DNA of 64,000 nucleotides from Elusimicrobiales bacterium (lineage in GTDB: Bacteria; Elusimicrobiota; Elusimicrobia; Elusimicrobiales; UBA9959). The DNA lies in the NCBI GenBank assembly GCA_028713125.1, contig JAQTOU010000002.1, positions 398,583 to 462,582 of the forward strand. The letters run 5' to 3'. The stretch's first letter is position 1. Every line of letters starts with the position of its first letter. Below are positions 1 to 8,867 of this stretch, piece after piece. The notes beneath the pieces are model-generated. The model did not search any database. It was not told where the DNA came from and was given only the letters and a program-made list of their open reading frames with translations. The position numbers and the translations under genes are program-made.

Positions 1-19
1 ATTTCGAAGAATAAGCTAT

Positions 20-628
20 ATGAAAAACCATAAGGCCGAAGAGAAAAAGACCAAGGATAAAGCGCAAGAGCCCCCCTGCGAAGCGGAAGCGCAGGCCGTA
101 GATCTGGCCGGTACGGAACTGGAGAAGCAGAAGAAGCAGTCCGACGATTATTACAACCAGCTGCTGCGGCTGCAGGCGGATTTCGAGAATTACCGCAAGC
201 GCCAGGACAAGGAAAAGCCGGAATGGCTTAAGCTGGGCAAGGCGGATATCCTGCTCAGGCTCCTGCCGCTTTACGATATGCTGCTTTCGGCGCACGCGCA
301 CATCAATACCGCCAAAGAGAACGGCGGCGGCGATGAAACCCTGAAGGGCCTGGAGATGATCTTCAAGGAGTTCTCCAAAGTTTTCGACGCTGAGGGCCTG
401 CGCGCGATGGAGCCGGTGGGCAAACCCTACGATCCTATGGCTTCGGAGATCCTCGGCATAGTCGACGGTACCGACGAGAACGACGGGCTGGTGGTGGAGG
501 AGCTGCAGAAAGGCTTCTACTACGGCGAGAAGATCCTGCGCCCGGCGCGGGTGAAGATAGCGAAAAAGAAAGCGCAGGAGCCCCCGCAAGCGGAGGAAGC
601 TCCCGCGGCGGAAGAGGTAAAAGAATAA
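20..628 (+). CDS. grpE: nucleotide exchange factor GrpE
   Basis: 202-aa ORF with GrpE-type core LLRLQADFENYRKR; first gene of a grpE-dnaK-dnaJ array. Confidence 0.93.
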   Translation: MKNHKAEEKKTKDKAQEPPCEAEAQAVDLAGTELEKQKKQSDDYYNQLLRLQADFENYRKRQDKEKPEWLKLGKADILLRLLPLYDMLLSAHAHINTAKENGGGDETLKGLEMIFKEFSKVFDAEGLRAMEPVGKPYDPMASEILGIVDGTDENDGLVVEELQKGFYYGEKILRPARVKIAKKKAQEPPQAEEAPAAEEVKE

Positions 629-680
629 AGGATTTGCAGTAGCGTAAGTCAGACATAATTTAGACTGGAGGAAAAATAAA

Positions 681-2549
681 ATGGCAAAGATAATAGGCAT
701 AGACCTTGGAACTTCGAATACGGCGGCGGCGGTGATGGAAGGCGGAAAAGTCACCATCATCCCCTCGGCCGAAGGCACCAGCCTGGGCGGGAAAGCGTTC
801 CCGTCCTACGTGGCTTTCGCCAAAGACGGCCAGATGCTGGTAGGCGAGCCCGCCCGCAGGCAGGCCGTGGCCAACCCGGAAGGCACCGTTTCCGCCTTCA
901 AGCGGAAGATGGGCACCGACCACAAGTACAGCATCTCGGGCAAAGAGTTCACGCCCCAGCAGCTTGCGGCCTTCCTGCTGCAGAAAGTTAAGCGCGACGC
1001 CGAGGCTTTCCTGGGCGAGAAAGTGGAGAAAGCCGTCATCACCGTGCCGGCCTACTTCAACGACAACCAGCGCCAGGCCACCAAGGACGCCGGCACCATC
1101 GCCGGCCTCGAAGTGGTCCGCCTGGTCAATGAGCCCACCGCGGCGGCGCTGGCCTACGGCATAGACAAAGAGGGCAAGGACCAGAAAATAATGGTGTTCG
1201 ACCTGGGCGGCGGCACGCTCGACGTGACCATCATGGAGATGGGCAAAGAAGGAACCTTCGACGTCATTTCCACCTCCGGCGACACCCAGCTGGGCGGCAC
1301 CGACATGGACAAGGCCCTGGTGGAGTTCATCGCCGGCGAGTTCCGCAAGGACACCGGCATCGACCTGATGAAGGACGCCACTTCTACGCAGCGCATCAAG
1401 GAAGCCGCGGAAAAGGCCAAGATCGAGCTCTCCACTACGATGGAGACCGAGATCAACCTGCCTTTCATTTCGGCCGACGCCACCGGCCCCAAGCACATGG
1501 CCCTGAAGCTGTCCCGCGCGCGCCTTGAAAGCCTTGTGGAAGGCATCGTCAAGCGCTGCCAGAAGTCAATCGACACCGCCCTGACCGACGCGAAGCTCAA
1601 GACTTCCGACATCAGCCGCATCATCCTCGTCGGCGGCCCCACCCGCATGCCCATCGTGCAGAAGTTCATCGAGGACTTCGTCGGCAAGAAGATCGAGCAC
1701 GGCGTGGACCCGATGGAATGCGTCGCTTCCGGCGCGGCCGTGCAGGCCGCGGTGCTGACCGGCGACGTGAAGGACGTGCTCCTGCTGGACGTCACCCCGC
1801 TTACGCTCGGTATCGAGACGCTGGGCGGCGTGCGCACCCCGCTCATCGACAAGAACACCACCATCCCGGCCAAGAAGTCGCAGATCTTCTCGACCGCGGC
1901 CGATAACCAGCCCGCCGTCACCATCCACGTGATCCAGGGCGAGCGCGCCATGGCCATGGGCGAGGGTAATGTGTCGCTGGGCAAGTTCGACCTGGACGGC
2001 ATCCCCCCGGCGCCGCGCGGCATGCCGCAGATCGAGGTGTCCTTCGACATCGACGCCAACGGCATCCTGCAGGTGCACGCGAAAGACCTGGGCACCGGCA
2101 AGGCGCAGCATATCACCATCAGCGCGCCGAACAAACTGTCAAAGGACGACATCGACAAATTCGTCAAGCAGGCGGAAAAGTTCGCCGACGACGATAAAAA
2201 ATACAAGGAAAAGGTGGAGACCAAGAACGAGGCTGACACCGTCCTCTATACCACCGAGAAGGCGCTGAAAGAGCACGGGGACAAGATCTCCCAGGACGAC
2301 CGCCTGGCCGTAGACCGCGCCATCGGCGAGATGAAGGACGCGATGAAGGGCGACGACATGGAGAAGGTGAAGAAGGCGAAAGAAACCCTTATCCAGGTCT
2401 CCCAGAAACTCGGCGAGGCTGTCTATAAAGCCTCCCAGGCCAAGGCCAACCCGGCAGGCGCCGGTCCCGCGCCCGAGGGCGCCAAGGCGTCCGCCGGCGG
2501 CAAGGACGACGTCGTGGACGCGGAAGTCGTGGACGAAAAGAAGAAATAA
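681..2549 (+). CDS. dnaK: molecular chaperone DnaK (Hsp70)
   Basis: 622 aa; Hsp70 signatures [30 protein letters not shown]; GGAGG Shine-Dalgarno upstream. Confidence 0.98.
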   Translation: MAKIIGIDLGTSNTAAAVMEGGKVTIIPSAEGTSLGGKAFPSYVAFAKDGQMLVGEPARRQAVANPEGTVSAFKRKMGTDHKYSISGKEFTPQQLAAFLLQKVKRDAEAFLGEKVEKAVITVPAYFNDNQRQATKDAGTIAGLEVVRLVNEPTAAALAYGIDKEGKDQKIMVFDLGGGTLDVTIMEMGKEGTFDVISTSGDTQLGGTDMDKALVEFIAGEFRKDTGIDLMKDATSTQRIKEAAEKAKIELSTTMETEINLPFISADATGPKHMALKLSRARLESLVEGIVKRCQKSIDTALTDAKLKTSDISRIILVGGPTRMPIVQKFIEDFVGKKIEHGVDPMECVASGAAVQAAVLTGDVKDVLLLDVTPLTLGIETLGGVRTPLIDKNTTIPAKKSQIFSTAADNQPAVTIHVIQGERAMAMGEGNVSLGKFDLDGIPPAPRGMPQIEVSFDIDANGILQVHAKDLGTGKAQHITISAPNKLSKDDIDKFVKQAEKFADDDKKYKEKVETKNEADTVLYTTEKALKEHGDKISQDDRLAVDRAIGEMKDAMKGDDMEKVKKAKETLIQVSQKLGEAVYKASQAKANPAGAGPAPEGAKASAGGKDDVVDAEVVDEKKK

Positions 2550-2659
2550 GCTAAAATTGGGACTAGGGGTCGGGAATCGAGGATCGCGGAAACGCGCTTT
2601 CCGGTTCCCGGCCCTTTACCAAGTTCCCGGTTCTTGATTCTCGATTCTCGATCTATTTT

Positions 2660-3787
2660 ATGGCCTCAAACGATTATTACCGCACCCTGGGCGTGGCCCG
2701 TAACGCCAACCCGGACGAGATAAAGTCCGCTTACCGGAAACTCGCGATGAAGCACCATCCCGACCGGAACCCCGGGAACAACGATTCCGAGGCCGCTTTC
2801 AAAGAGATCAACGAGGCCTACGAAGTCCTGTCCACCCCTGAAAAACGCCAGGTCTACGACCAGTACGGCGCCGAGGGCCTCAAGGCCGGCGCTGGCGCCG
2901 GGCGCGGCGGTTTCGGCGGCTTCCAGGGCGCCGACCTGGGCGACATGTTCGGGGACCTTTTTGAAAATCTATTCACGCAGGGCCAGGGCGGGGGGCGCGG
3001 CAAGCCGCGCTCGCGCCGCGGAGCCGACTTAAAGGAAGAAGCGGAGATAACGCTTGAGGAGGCTTTCACGGGAGTGAAGGTCCCTCTCGACCTCGAGCGC
3101 ACCGAGGTCTGCCAGGAATGCGACGGAACCGGAGCGCGCGGCAAGACCGGCATCCGCAAATGTCCCGCCTGCCGCGGGGCGGGGCGGGTCCAGTATTCAC
3201 AGGGCTTTTTTTCCTTCAGCCAGGCTTGTCCCGAGTGCGGCGGCCAGGGCGAGGTCATCTCCACGCCGTGCAAGACCTGCGAAGGCGCCGGACGCCAGAA
3301 GAAGCGGGCCTCTATAAATATCAAGCTCCCGGCCGGCGTAGAGGAGGGAGCGGTGCTGCGCGTTTCAGGCGGCGGCGACGCCGGGCTGCGCGGCGGCGAC
3401 TCCGGGGACCTCTACATCCAGGTGAGGCTTAAGCATCACCCGCATTTCGAGCGGCAGGGCCGCGACCTGGTCTACGTCTGCCAGGTGGCGGTATGGCAGG
3501 CCGCGCTCGGCGGCGAGGTAGAAGTCCCGGTCATCGAAGGCGGCCGGATAAAGATCAAGATCCCGCAGGGGACCCAGCACGGCAAGGTCTTCCGGGTGCA
3601 CGGCCAGGGCATGCCTACGACCTCCGGCAAGGACCGCGGGGACCTGCTGGTGCAGGTAAAACTTGAAGTCCCCCACGAGCTTACCCCGCGCCAGCGCGAG
3701 CTTTTCGAAGAGCTCGCGAAGATAGCCGGCCACGAAGCGCCGGCCGAGGACAAAGAGAAAGGTTTTTTTAAGAAGATCCTGGGCTAG
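2660..3787 (+). CDS. dnaJ: co-chaperone DnaJ
   Basis: 375 aa; J-domain HPDRNP, G/F-rich linker, four zinc-finger repeats [32 protein letters not shown]. Confidence 0.97.
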   Translation: MASNDYYRTLGVARNANPDEIKSAYRKLAMKHHPDRNPGNNDSEAAFKEINEAYEVLSTPEKRQVYDQYGAEGLKAGAGAGRGGFGGFQGADLGDMFGDLFENLFTQGQGGGRGKPRSRRGADLKEEAEITLEEAFTGVKVPLDLERTEVCQECDGTGARGKTGIRKCPACRGAGRVQYSQGFFSFSQACPECGGQGEVISTPCKTCEGAGRQKKRASINIKLPAGVEEGAVLRVSGGGDAGLRGGDSGDLYIQVRLKHHPHFERQGRDLVYVCQVAVWQAALGGEVEVPVIEGGRIKIKIPQGTQHGKVFRVHGQGMPTTSGKDRGDLLVQVKLEVPHELTPRQRELFEELAKIAGHEAPAEDKEKGFFKKILG

Positions 3788-3804
3788 CCGCGGCCTCTCC
3801 CTAT

Positions 3805-4515
3805 ATGCCCCAATACCTGATCCCGGCGGAAAATATGCGCGAAGGCGAATTCTTCGCCGGCCCCGAAGAGGCCGCCCATATAGCCAGGGCGGCGCGCGCC
3901 CGCGCCGGCGACGAGATAGAGATCTTCGACGGGAAAGGGAACCGCTACCGCGCGGTCCTCAAGTCCGTCATCGGCGACCGGGTCACCGGCTCGGTCAAAG
4001 AGAAGCTGCCCAGCCCCGAGTATAGAACAAAGCTCACTCTCTGTTTCGCCGTGGTGGCGAAGCCGGCCCTGGAGAGCATCCTGGAGCACTGCACCGAGGC
4101 CGGCGTGGAGATCTTTCAGCCGGTGATGGCCTCCCGCGTGCAGTTCGACCTTTTCAGCGACTGGGACAGGCGCGCCGGCCGGCTGGGCCAGATACTGGTA
4201 GCCGCGTCCAAGCAGTGCGGCCGCGGCGTCCTGCCCGAGCTGCGCAAGCCGGAGAAATTCGACGATCTCCTGACGGCGGGAGGCGCCTCCGTCCTCGCTT
4301 CGCCCGAAGGCCCGGCTCCTGACGAAGCGGTCAAGGGGCTTGCGGGCGCTGCCGGGCTGAAGCTTTTTGTGGGACCGGAGGGCGGCTTTACGAAAGGGGA
4401 GCTTGAATTCGCGCGGTCAAAAGGCGCGGCGTTCATGAATCTTGGACTCTATACTTTAAGGGCGGAAACGGCCTGTCTATCGGCCGCCTCCGCCCTTCTT
4501 ACCCGTCTCGGGTAA
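3805..4515 (+). CDS. rsmE: 16S rRNA (uracil1498-N3)-methyltransferase RsmE
   Basis: 236 aa; RsmE layout with PUA-like N-terminus (GDEIEIFDGKGNRY) and C-terminal SPOUT motifs LFVGPEGGF and LRAETA. Confidence 0.85.
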   Translation: MPQYLIPAENMREGEFFAGPEEAAHIARAARARAGDEIEIFDGKGNRYRAVLKSVIGDRVTGSVKEKLPSPEYRTKLTLCFAVVAKPALESILEHCTEAGVEIFQPVMASRVQFDLFSDWDRRAGRLGQILVAASKQCGRGVLPELRKPEKFDDLLTAGGASVLASPEGPAPDEAVKGLAGAAGLKLFVGPEGGFTKGELEFARSKGAAFMNLGLYTLRAETACLSAASALLTRLG

Positions 4516-4522
4516 TAAATAA

Positions 4523-4942
4523 TCAATCGAACCTGGTTCTTAAGGAATTGCGCAGCAGCAGTTTCTTCTTCGCCGCTTTCTCGAACATCATCGTCACGGC
4601 CTTCTTCAGGTCGTCCATGCTTATAGGCTTGTTCAGGAACAGGTCGGCATTCGCTTCCATATTGCCCTCTATCTTGGCATTGTTGGAGGTATTGCCGGTC
4701 AATATTATTATCGGGATGGACCTCGTCTTTGGATTGTCCTTGATGCTGCGGCAGACTTCGAAGCCGCTGATGTCCGGCAGTCCCAGGTCCACGATGGCCA
4801 GGTCCACGTGGATCTCCTTGATCCATTCGATGGCGGTTTTGCCCTTGTCCGTGGTGACGACCAGGTGGCCTTCCGACTCGAGATAGAGCTTCAGAAGCTC
4901 CGTAATGCTTTCTTCGTCCTCGACTACTAATATCTTGCTCAT
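4523..4942 (-). CDS. single-domain response regulator (CheY-like receiver)
   Basis: 139 aa; receiver pattern KILVVEDE ... LAIVDLGLPD ... IIILTG ... LNKP; no output domain and no adjacent histidine kinase. Confidence 0.85.
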   Translation of the reverse strand: MSKILVVEDEESITELLKLYLESEGHLVVTTDKGKTAIEWIKEIHVDLAIVDLGLPDISGFEVCRSIKDNPKTRSIPIIILTGNTSNNAKIEGNMEANADLFLNKPISMDDLKKAVTMMFEKAAKKKLLLRNSLRTRFD

Positions 4943-5015
4943 GATCGTTCCCCTGTAACCTTAAACAAAATATATCATAATTTGCGCGTTTTTATATTGA
5001 TTTTTTGTTAACTTT

Positions 5016-5037
5016 CGTCAATGTAACCAATGTTACA
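5016..5037 (-). promoter_or_regulatory. two tandem GTWACATT boxes abutting a TTGACG -35-like hexamer, upstream of the minus-strand receiver gene
   Basis: The plus strand reads CGTCAATGTAACCAATGTTACA. On the minus strand this is GTAACATT-G-GTTACATTGACG. It also forms the palindrome TGTAAC-CAAT-GTTACA (5022-5037). Confidence 0.35.
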
Positions 5038-5228
5038 ATATGGGCATTTAAAGCCGGCGCGCGGCGTAAACGGGTCACAAAGCCTGAATTCCCGGGGATT
5101 TTATAGAATTGAGCGAAGTTTATCTTGCTATGGGGACAGGCATTTGGTAAAAGATATATAGGGGTTTTGGCGTCCCATCAGCGCATCTTCGCGGCAGCTG
5201 CCCGCGGATTTAAAGGCAGAACGCAACT

Positions 5229-5537
5229 ATGATCGATCTAAAGCCGATTTTCCTGAAAAAAGTTAAGAATATCCTTGCCGGCCACGTTCCGGAGTTCGAC
5301 GTGCTCGTTTACGGCTCCCGCGCCGAGGGCACGGCGAAGAAGTTCTCCTACCTGGACCTCGCGGTGCTCACGGAGAAGCCTCTCGTGTCGCCGCGGCTCG
5401 AGAAGATGGCCGCCGCCTTTACCGCGGCCAGCCTCCCTTTCCGCGTTGAGACGATAGATTGGGCCGCCACCGGGACCTCCTTCCGCAAGGTCATTAAAAA
5501 GACGGGCGTCCTCATCCAGGAATCTCCCAAAAAATAG
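5229..5537 (+). CDS. minimal nucleotidyltransferase (MNT / Pol-beta superfamily, HI0073-like), copy 1
   Basis: 102 aa; YGSRAEGTAKKFSYLDLAV matches the GS-x9-10-[DS]DxDL NTase motif, but the first Asp is Tyr; C-terminal LPFRVETIDW. Confidence 0.75.
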   Translation: MIDLKPIFLKKVKNILAGHVPEFDVLVYGSRAEGTAKKFSYLDLAVLTEKPLVSPRLEKMAAAFTAASLPFRVETIDWAATGTSFRKVIKKTGVLIQESPKK

Positions 5538-5550
5538 GATAATCGCGTTC

Positions 5551-5859
5551 ATGATAGACCTGAAGCCGGCTTACCTGAAAAAAGTCAAAACTATCCTCGC
5601 CGCCAACGTGGGGGAATTCGACGTGCTTGTCTACGGCGCGCGCGCCGCCGGCGTCAATAAGAAGCATTCCTACCTCGACCTGGTCGTGATGTCGGATAAG
5701 CCGCTCGCGGCGGCGAGGCTGGAAAAACTTGAGGCCGCGTTCAGGGAGGCCTGCTTCCCTTTCCGCGTAGAGACCATCTGCTGGGCCGCCACCGGCGCCA
5801 ATTACCGAAAAGAGATGAAAAAGACCGGCGTCCTGATCCAGGAAACAAAGAAGAAGTAG
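5551..5859 (+). CDS. minimal nucleotidyltransferase (MNT / Pol-beta superfamily), copy 2 (tandem paralog)
   Basis: 102 aa; 70/102 residues identical to the upstream ORF in my hand alignment; same SYLDL and FPFRVETICW motifs. Confidence 0.75.
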   Translation: MIDLKPAYLKKVKTILAANVGEFDVLVYGARAAGVNKKHSYLDLVVMSDKPLAAARLEKLEAAFREACFPFRVETICWAATGANYRKEMKKTGVLIQETKKK

Positions 5860-5952
5860 CGGTTACCCTTTCTCATCCTTCCCTCTATAAAATATTTTTT
5901 ACCCAGGAGCGTTCCGGGGCCGGTTCTATTTATTATTCCTGCATTTGGAAAA

Positions 5953-5961
5953 TGGTAAAAT
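5953..5961 (+). promoter_or_regulatory. extended -10 element TGgTAAAAT, 6 nt upstream of the nadC GTG start
   Basis: TGGTAAAAT at 5953-5961; GTG start at 5968; no Shine-Dalgarno can fit between them. Confidence 0.4.
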
Positions 5962-5967
5962 TGGGGG

Positions 5968-6816
5968 GTGAGAGAATTTGATCTAGTCATCAGGGCGGCC
6001 TTAAAGGAAGACATCGGGACCGGGGATGTTACTACCCGGTTCTTTGTGCCTCTGGGAACTCGGTTTTACGGAGAGATGCGGGCCAAGGACAGCGGCGTGG
6101 TCTGCGGCCTGGAAGTGGTCAAACGGGTGTTCAACCTGGCGGCGCCCGGCTCCAAAGTCAAAGCCCTGGTCAAAGACGGCTCCCGCATCGGGAAAGGCGC
6201 TGTCCTCATGAAGGTAGAGGGACCGGCCTCCATCCTTACCGCCGAGCGCACGGCATTGAATTTTCTGCAGCATATGAGCGGCGTGGCCACCAGGGCCGCG
6301 CTTTTTTCTTCCGTCATAAAGAACGGCCGCACCAGGATCTATGACACCCGCAAGACCCTGCCCGGCCTCCGGGCCGTGGAAAAGTACGCTTCGGCCTGCG
6401 GGGGGGCGGTTAACCACCGCATGGGGCTTTACGATATGGCCATGATAAAGGATAACCATGTCGCCCTGGCGGGCGGCAGCCCGGCCAAACTCGCCGGCAG
6501 GATAGCCGCGATGAGGAAGGCCAAGCCTGGGCTGAAGATAGAAATAGAAGCGCAGAGCCTGGCTCAGGTAAAAGCTTTCCTGCCGCTGGGCGCGGACGTC
6601 CTGATGCTGGATAATATGGATTTTGCCGTAATGAAGAAAGCGATAGCGCTTATCAGGGCGCATAAAGGCAAAAAGCCGGAGACGGAAATCTCCGGGGGCG
6701 TGGACCTGGCGAAGGCCGCGCGCTATTCCAGGCTGGGCGCGGACCGTATTTCCGTAGGGTCTATAACCAGCGGGGCGAAGCCCCTGGACATCTCTTTCGA
6801 GGTAAAAACAAAATGA
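5968..6816 (+). CDS. nadC: nicotinate-nucleotide pyrophosphorylase (carboxylating)
   Basis: 282 aa; NadC motifs EDIGTGDVTT, LTAERTALNFLQHMSGVAT, DTRKT, MLDNM. Confidence 0.93.
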   Translation: MREFDLVIRAALKEDIGTGDVTTRFFVPLGTRFYGEMRAKDSGVVCGLEVVKRVFNLAAPGSKVKALVKDGSRIGKGAVLMKVEGPASILTAERTALNFLQHMSGVATRAALFSSVIKNGRTRIYDTRKTLPGLRAVEKYASACGGAVNHRMGLYDMAMIKDNHVALAGGSPAKLAGRIAAMRKAKPGLKIEIEAQSLAQVKAFLPLGADVLMLDNMDFAVMKKAIALIRAHKGKKPETEISGGVDLAKAARYSRLGADRISVGSITSGAKPLDISFEVKTK

Positions 6817-7421
6817 AAAAATGTTATTGCGAAAATTTAGATCTTGAGACCCTGCCCGGCATAAGCAAGATAGTCTGCCTGGACGAGGTCGATTCCACCC
6901 AGTCGGTGGCCCGCGAGCTGGCCCTGGAAGGCACGGCGGAGAAAACCCTGGTCCTGGCCGAGACCCAAAGCGGCGGCAGGGGCCAGCAGGACCGCGAATG
7001 GGAATCCGGCCGCGGCGGTCTTTATATGACGCTCCTGATGAAGCCTGAGACCGAGATCAAGTTCCTGCCGGAGCTGAGCGTGCTCAGCGGCGAGGCCGTG
7101 GCCGAAGCTTTAACTTCACTTTACGGGATAAAGACCCGCATAAAGAAGCCCAATGACGTCTACGCCTGGCATCCCCGCCGCCGCAAGTGGCTCAAGATCT
7201 CGGGGATCCTTACCGAATCCTCCTCCGTAAGCGGCGACGTAAGCTGGCTGCTGGTCGGCGTCGGCGTGAATCTTAACAATACCGTGAAGCTCGATACCGC
7301 TGTCAGCGTCCAGGCTATCAAGGGCGCTAATGTTTCAAGGGAAGAATTTCTGAAGGAATTCCTCAAGATCTTCTGGCTCCGCTACTCGGCCTGGGTCTAC
7401 GGAAGTCAGGCCAAGTCGTGA
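6813..7421 (+). CDS. birA: biotin--[acetyl-CoA-carboxylase] ligase (short, no DNA-binding domain)
   Basis: 202 aa; LDEVDSTQS, QSGGRGQQDREWES..GGLYMTLL (variant of GRGRxGRxW), KKPNDVY; ATGA overlap with nadC. Confidence 0.75.
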   Translation: MKKCYCENLDLETLPGISKIVCLDEVDSTQSVARELALEGTAEKTLVLAETQSGGRGQQDREWESGRGGLYMTLLMKPETEIKFLPELSVLSGEAVAEALTSLYGIKTRIKKPNDVYAWHPRRRKWLKISGILTESSSVSGDVSWLLVGVGVNLNNTVKLDTAVSVQAIKGANVSREEFLKEFLKIFWLRYSAWVYGSQAKS

Positions 7422-8230
7422 ACAAAGCGCGGGTAAAGGCCATAGCGCTGGCCTGCGGCGCGTCCGCGGCCGGTATAGCCGGCGCGGCGGACCTGGAAGA
7501 GTTCGAAAGATTTTCTGAAACCGTAAAGGCCGCGCCCGGCGGCCTTGCCTACCTCGGCCGCGATCCTCTCAAAAGGAAAAATATAAAGAACTGGTTTCCC
7601 GCCGCGGGTTCCGTCCTCGTCTGCGCTTTCAGGTACTGGGAGCCGGGCATGGACTATGCCGCGGAGCTGGCCAAAGCCGGAGAACCGGCATCTTACCTTA
7701 AGCGCACAGGCAGAAAGGCGCACCAACCGGAGCTCCTGGCCGCGCCAGGCGCCAAAATTTCCCGCTACGCTCTTTGCCGCGACTATCACCTGACCGTAAA
7801 AGAAAAACTTGCGGCCGCGCTTGAAGCGATAAAGAAAGAATTCCCGGCCTCTGAAGGAAAGAGCTTCTGCGACACTTCCCCCGTGATGGAAAAAGAACTG
7901 GCCCGCCTGGCCGGCCTGGGTTTCAGGGGGAAGAACACCCTCCTGCTTTCGCGTGAACTCGGGAGTTACTTATTCCTGGGCGGCATCGCCCTGAACATTG
8001 AACTTGAACCGGACGCCCCCATAGTGGACTCCTGCGGCGCCTGCGACCTCTGCCTCAAAGCCTGCCCCACCGGCGCCCTGAAAGCCGGCGCCCTGGACGC
8101 CGGCCTCTGCCTCTCCTACTGGACCACCCAATCCAAAGAAAAGATCCCGCCCGCCATCGCCGCTAAAACCTGCGGCTACGCCTACGGCTGCGACCTCTGC
8201 CAGGAAGCCTGCCCGCTGAATAAGAAATAG
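7418..8230 (+). CDS. queG: epoxyqueuosine reductase QueG (short form)
   Basis: 270 aa; QueG-like N-terminus and two ferredoxin-type clusters CGACDLCLKACP and CDLCQEACP; ends right after the second cluster. Confidence 0.8.
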   Translation: MNKARVKAIALACGASAAGIAGAADLEEFERFSETVKAAPGGLAYLGRDPLKRKNIKNWFPAAGSVLVCAFRYWEPGMDYAAELAKAGEPASYLKRTGRKAHQPELLAAPGAKISRYALCRDYHLTVKEKLAAALEAIKKEFPASEGKSFCDTSPVMEKELARLAGLGFRGKNTLLLSRELGSYLFLGGIALNIELEPDAPIVDSCGACDLCLKACPTGALKAGALDAGLCLSYWTTQSKEKIPPAIAAKTCGYAYGCDLCQEACPLNKK

Positions 8231-8261
8231 AGGTCTATTGAGGTTGAGCCTCGATATAAAT

Positions 8262-8293
8262 AAAAAAGGGAAGCTTTTGGGCTTCCCTTTTTT
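8262..8293. terminator. bidirectional intrinsic terminator between convergent queG and receiver gene
   Basis: A-run, GGGAAGC (8268-8274), loop TTTTGG, GCTTCCC (8281-8287), T-run TTTTTT (8288-8293). Confidence 0.8.
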
Positions 8294-8311
8294 GTTAGGC
8301 CTGGGCGGTTT

Positions 8312-8680
8312 TTACTTTTTCGCGAGGCCGTTCTTGACGGCTTCCATCAGGTCGTCGGTATTGAAAGGCTTGGTGAGGAAAGCGGCTACCTGGGAGAAGC
8401 GCTGGAACATGGTGCGGGATGGTTCGAGAGCGGAGAGGACCACGATGGGGAGCTTGCTCAGCTCTTCGTCCTCGGAGATCTGGGTGGCAAGCGAGTAGCC
8501 GTCTATGCCGGGCAGCATCACGTCCAGGACGAGCAGCTCGGGCTTATAGGACTTGAGCATGTCCATCACTTCGCGGCCGTTGTCGCAGACTTTTACGGTG
8601 TGGCCAAGCGATTCGAGCGTGTACTGCACCAGGCTCGAGATTTCAGGATCGTCATCGACTACAAGAATTTTGTTCCCCAT
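8312..8680 (-). CDS. single-domain response regulator (CheY-like receiver)
   Basis: ATG at 8680 (MGNKILVVDDD) preferred over the track's GTG at 8698; LLVLDVMLPGIDG ... VVLSA ... LTKP. Confidence 0.85.
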   Translation of the reverse strand: MGNKILVVDDDPEISSLVQYTLESLGHTVKVCDNGREVMDMLKSYKPELLVLDVMLPGIDGYSLATQISEDEELSKLPIVVLSALEPSRTMFQRFSQVAAFLTKPFNTDDLMEAVKNGLAKK

Positions 8681-8700
8681 ATATATCAAATCTAACACAT

Positions 8701-8863
8701 TAGTGTAGTATTCGTCAAATAAACGAACAATTGAAAGCCCATCTTTGGCCGGCTGCTTCGTTGCTCCTCACTCGCATACCACCAGTATGCTCGCTCGTCA
8801 CGCCTCGCATCCGTCTCAAATCTGGACTTCCACTTATCCGGTTATTTGACGGACACTACACTA
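8701..8863 (-). repeat. 163-nt element with 47-nt imperfect inverted-repeat arms (8701-8747 / 8817-8863); candidate minus-strand RNA hairpin
   Basis: Hand pairing gives 37/47 Watson-Crick pairs. Five further positions become G-U wobbles only if read on the minus strand, against one on the plus strand. It fills the gap between the DUF1343 stop and the receiver start. Confidence 0.5.
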
Positions 8864-8867
8864 GCCG

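Noticed and set aside
1-680. Looked for HrcA/CIRCE heat-shock operators (TTAGCACTC-N9-GAGTGCTAA) around grpE, dnaK and dnaJ
   Set aside because: None was seen in the 19 nt upstream of grpE, the grpE-dnaK spacer or the dnaK-dnaJ spacer. The real promoter region of grpE is outside the window, so its absence here says little.
2636-2653. Tandem GATTCTC repeats considered as a mini-array or CRISPR-like repeat
   Set aside because: There are only 2.5 copies of a 7-mer with no spacers. No repeat-spacer architecture exists anywhere in the window.
8240-8252. 13-nt hairpin motif GAGGTTGAGCCTC (8240-8252), whose reverse complement GAGGCTCAACCTC recurs at 23151-23163. Both lie just downstream of a CheY-like receiver gene on its sense strand
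   Set aside because: A rough estimate (64,000 squared over 2 position pairs, divided by 4 to the 13th) predicts tens of chance 13-mer reverse-complement matches in a window this size. The flanks match only partly, and two instances are too few to claim a 3-prime UTR element.
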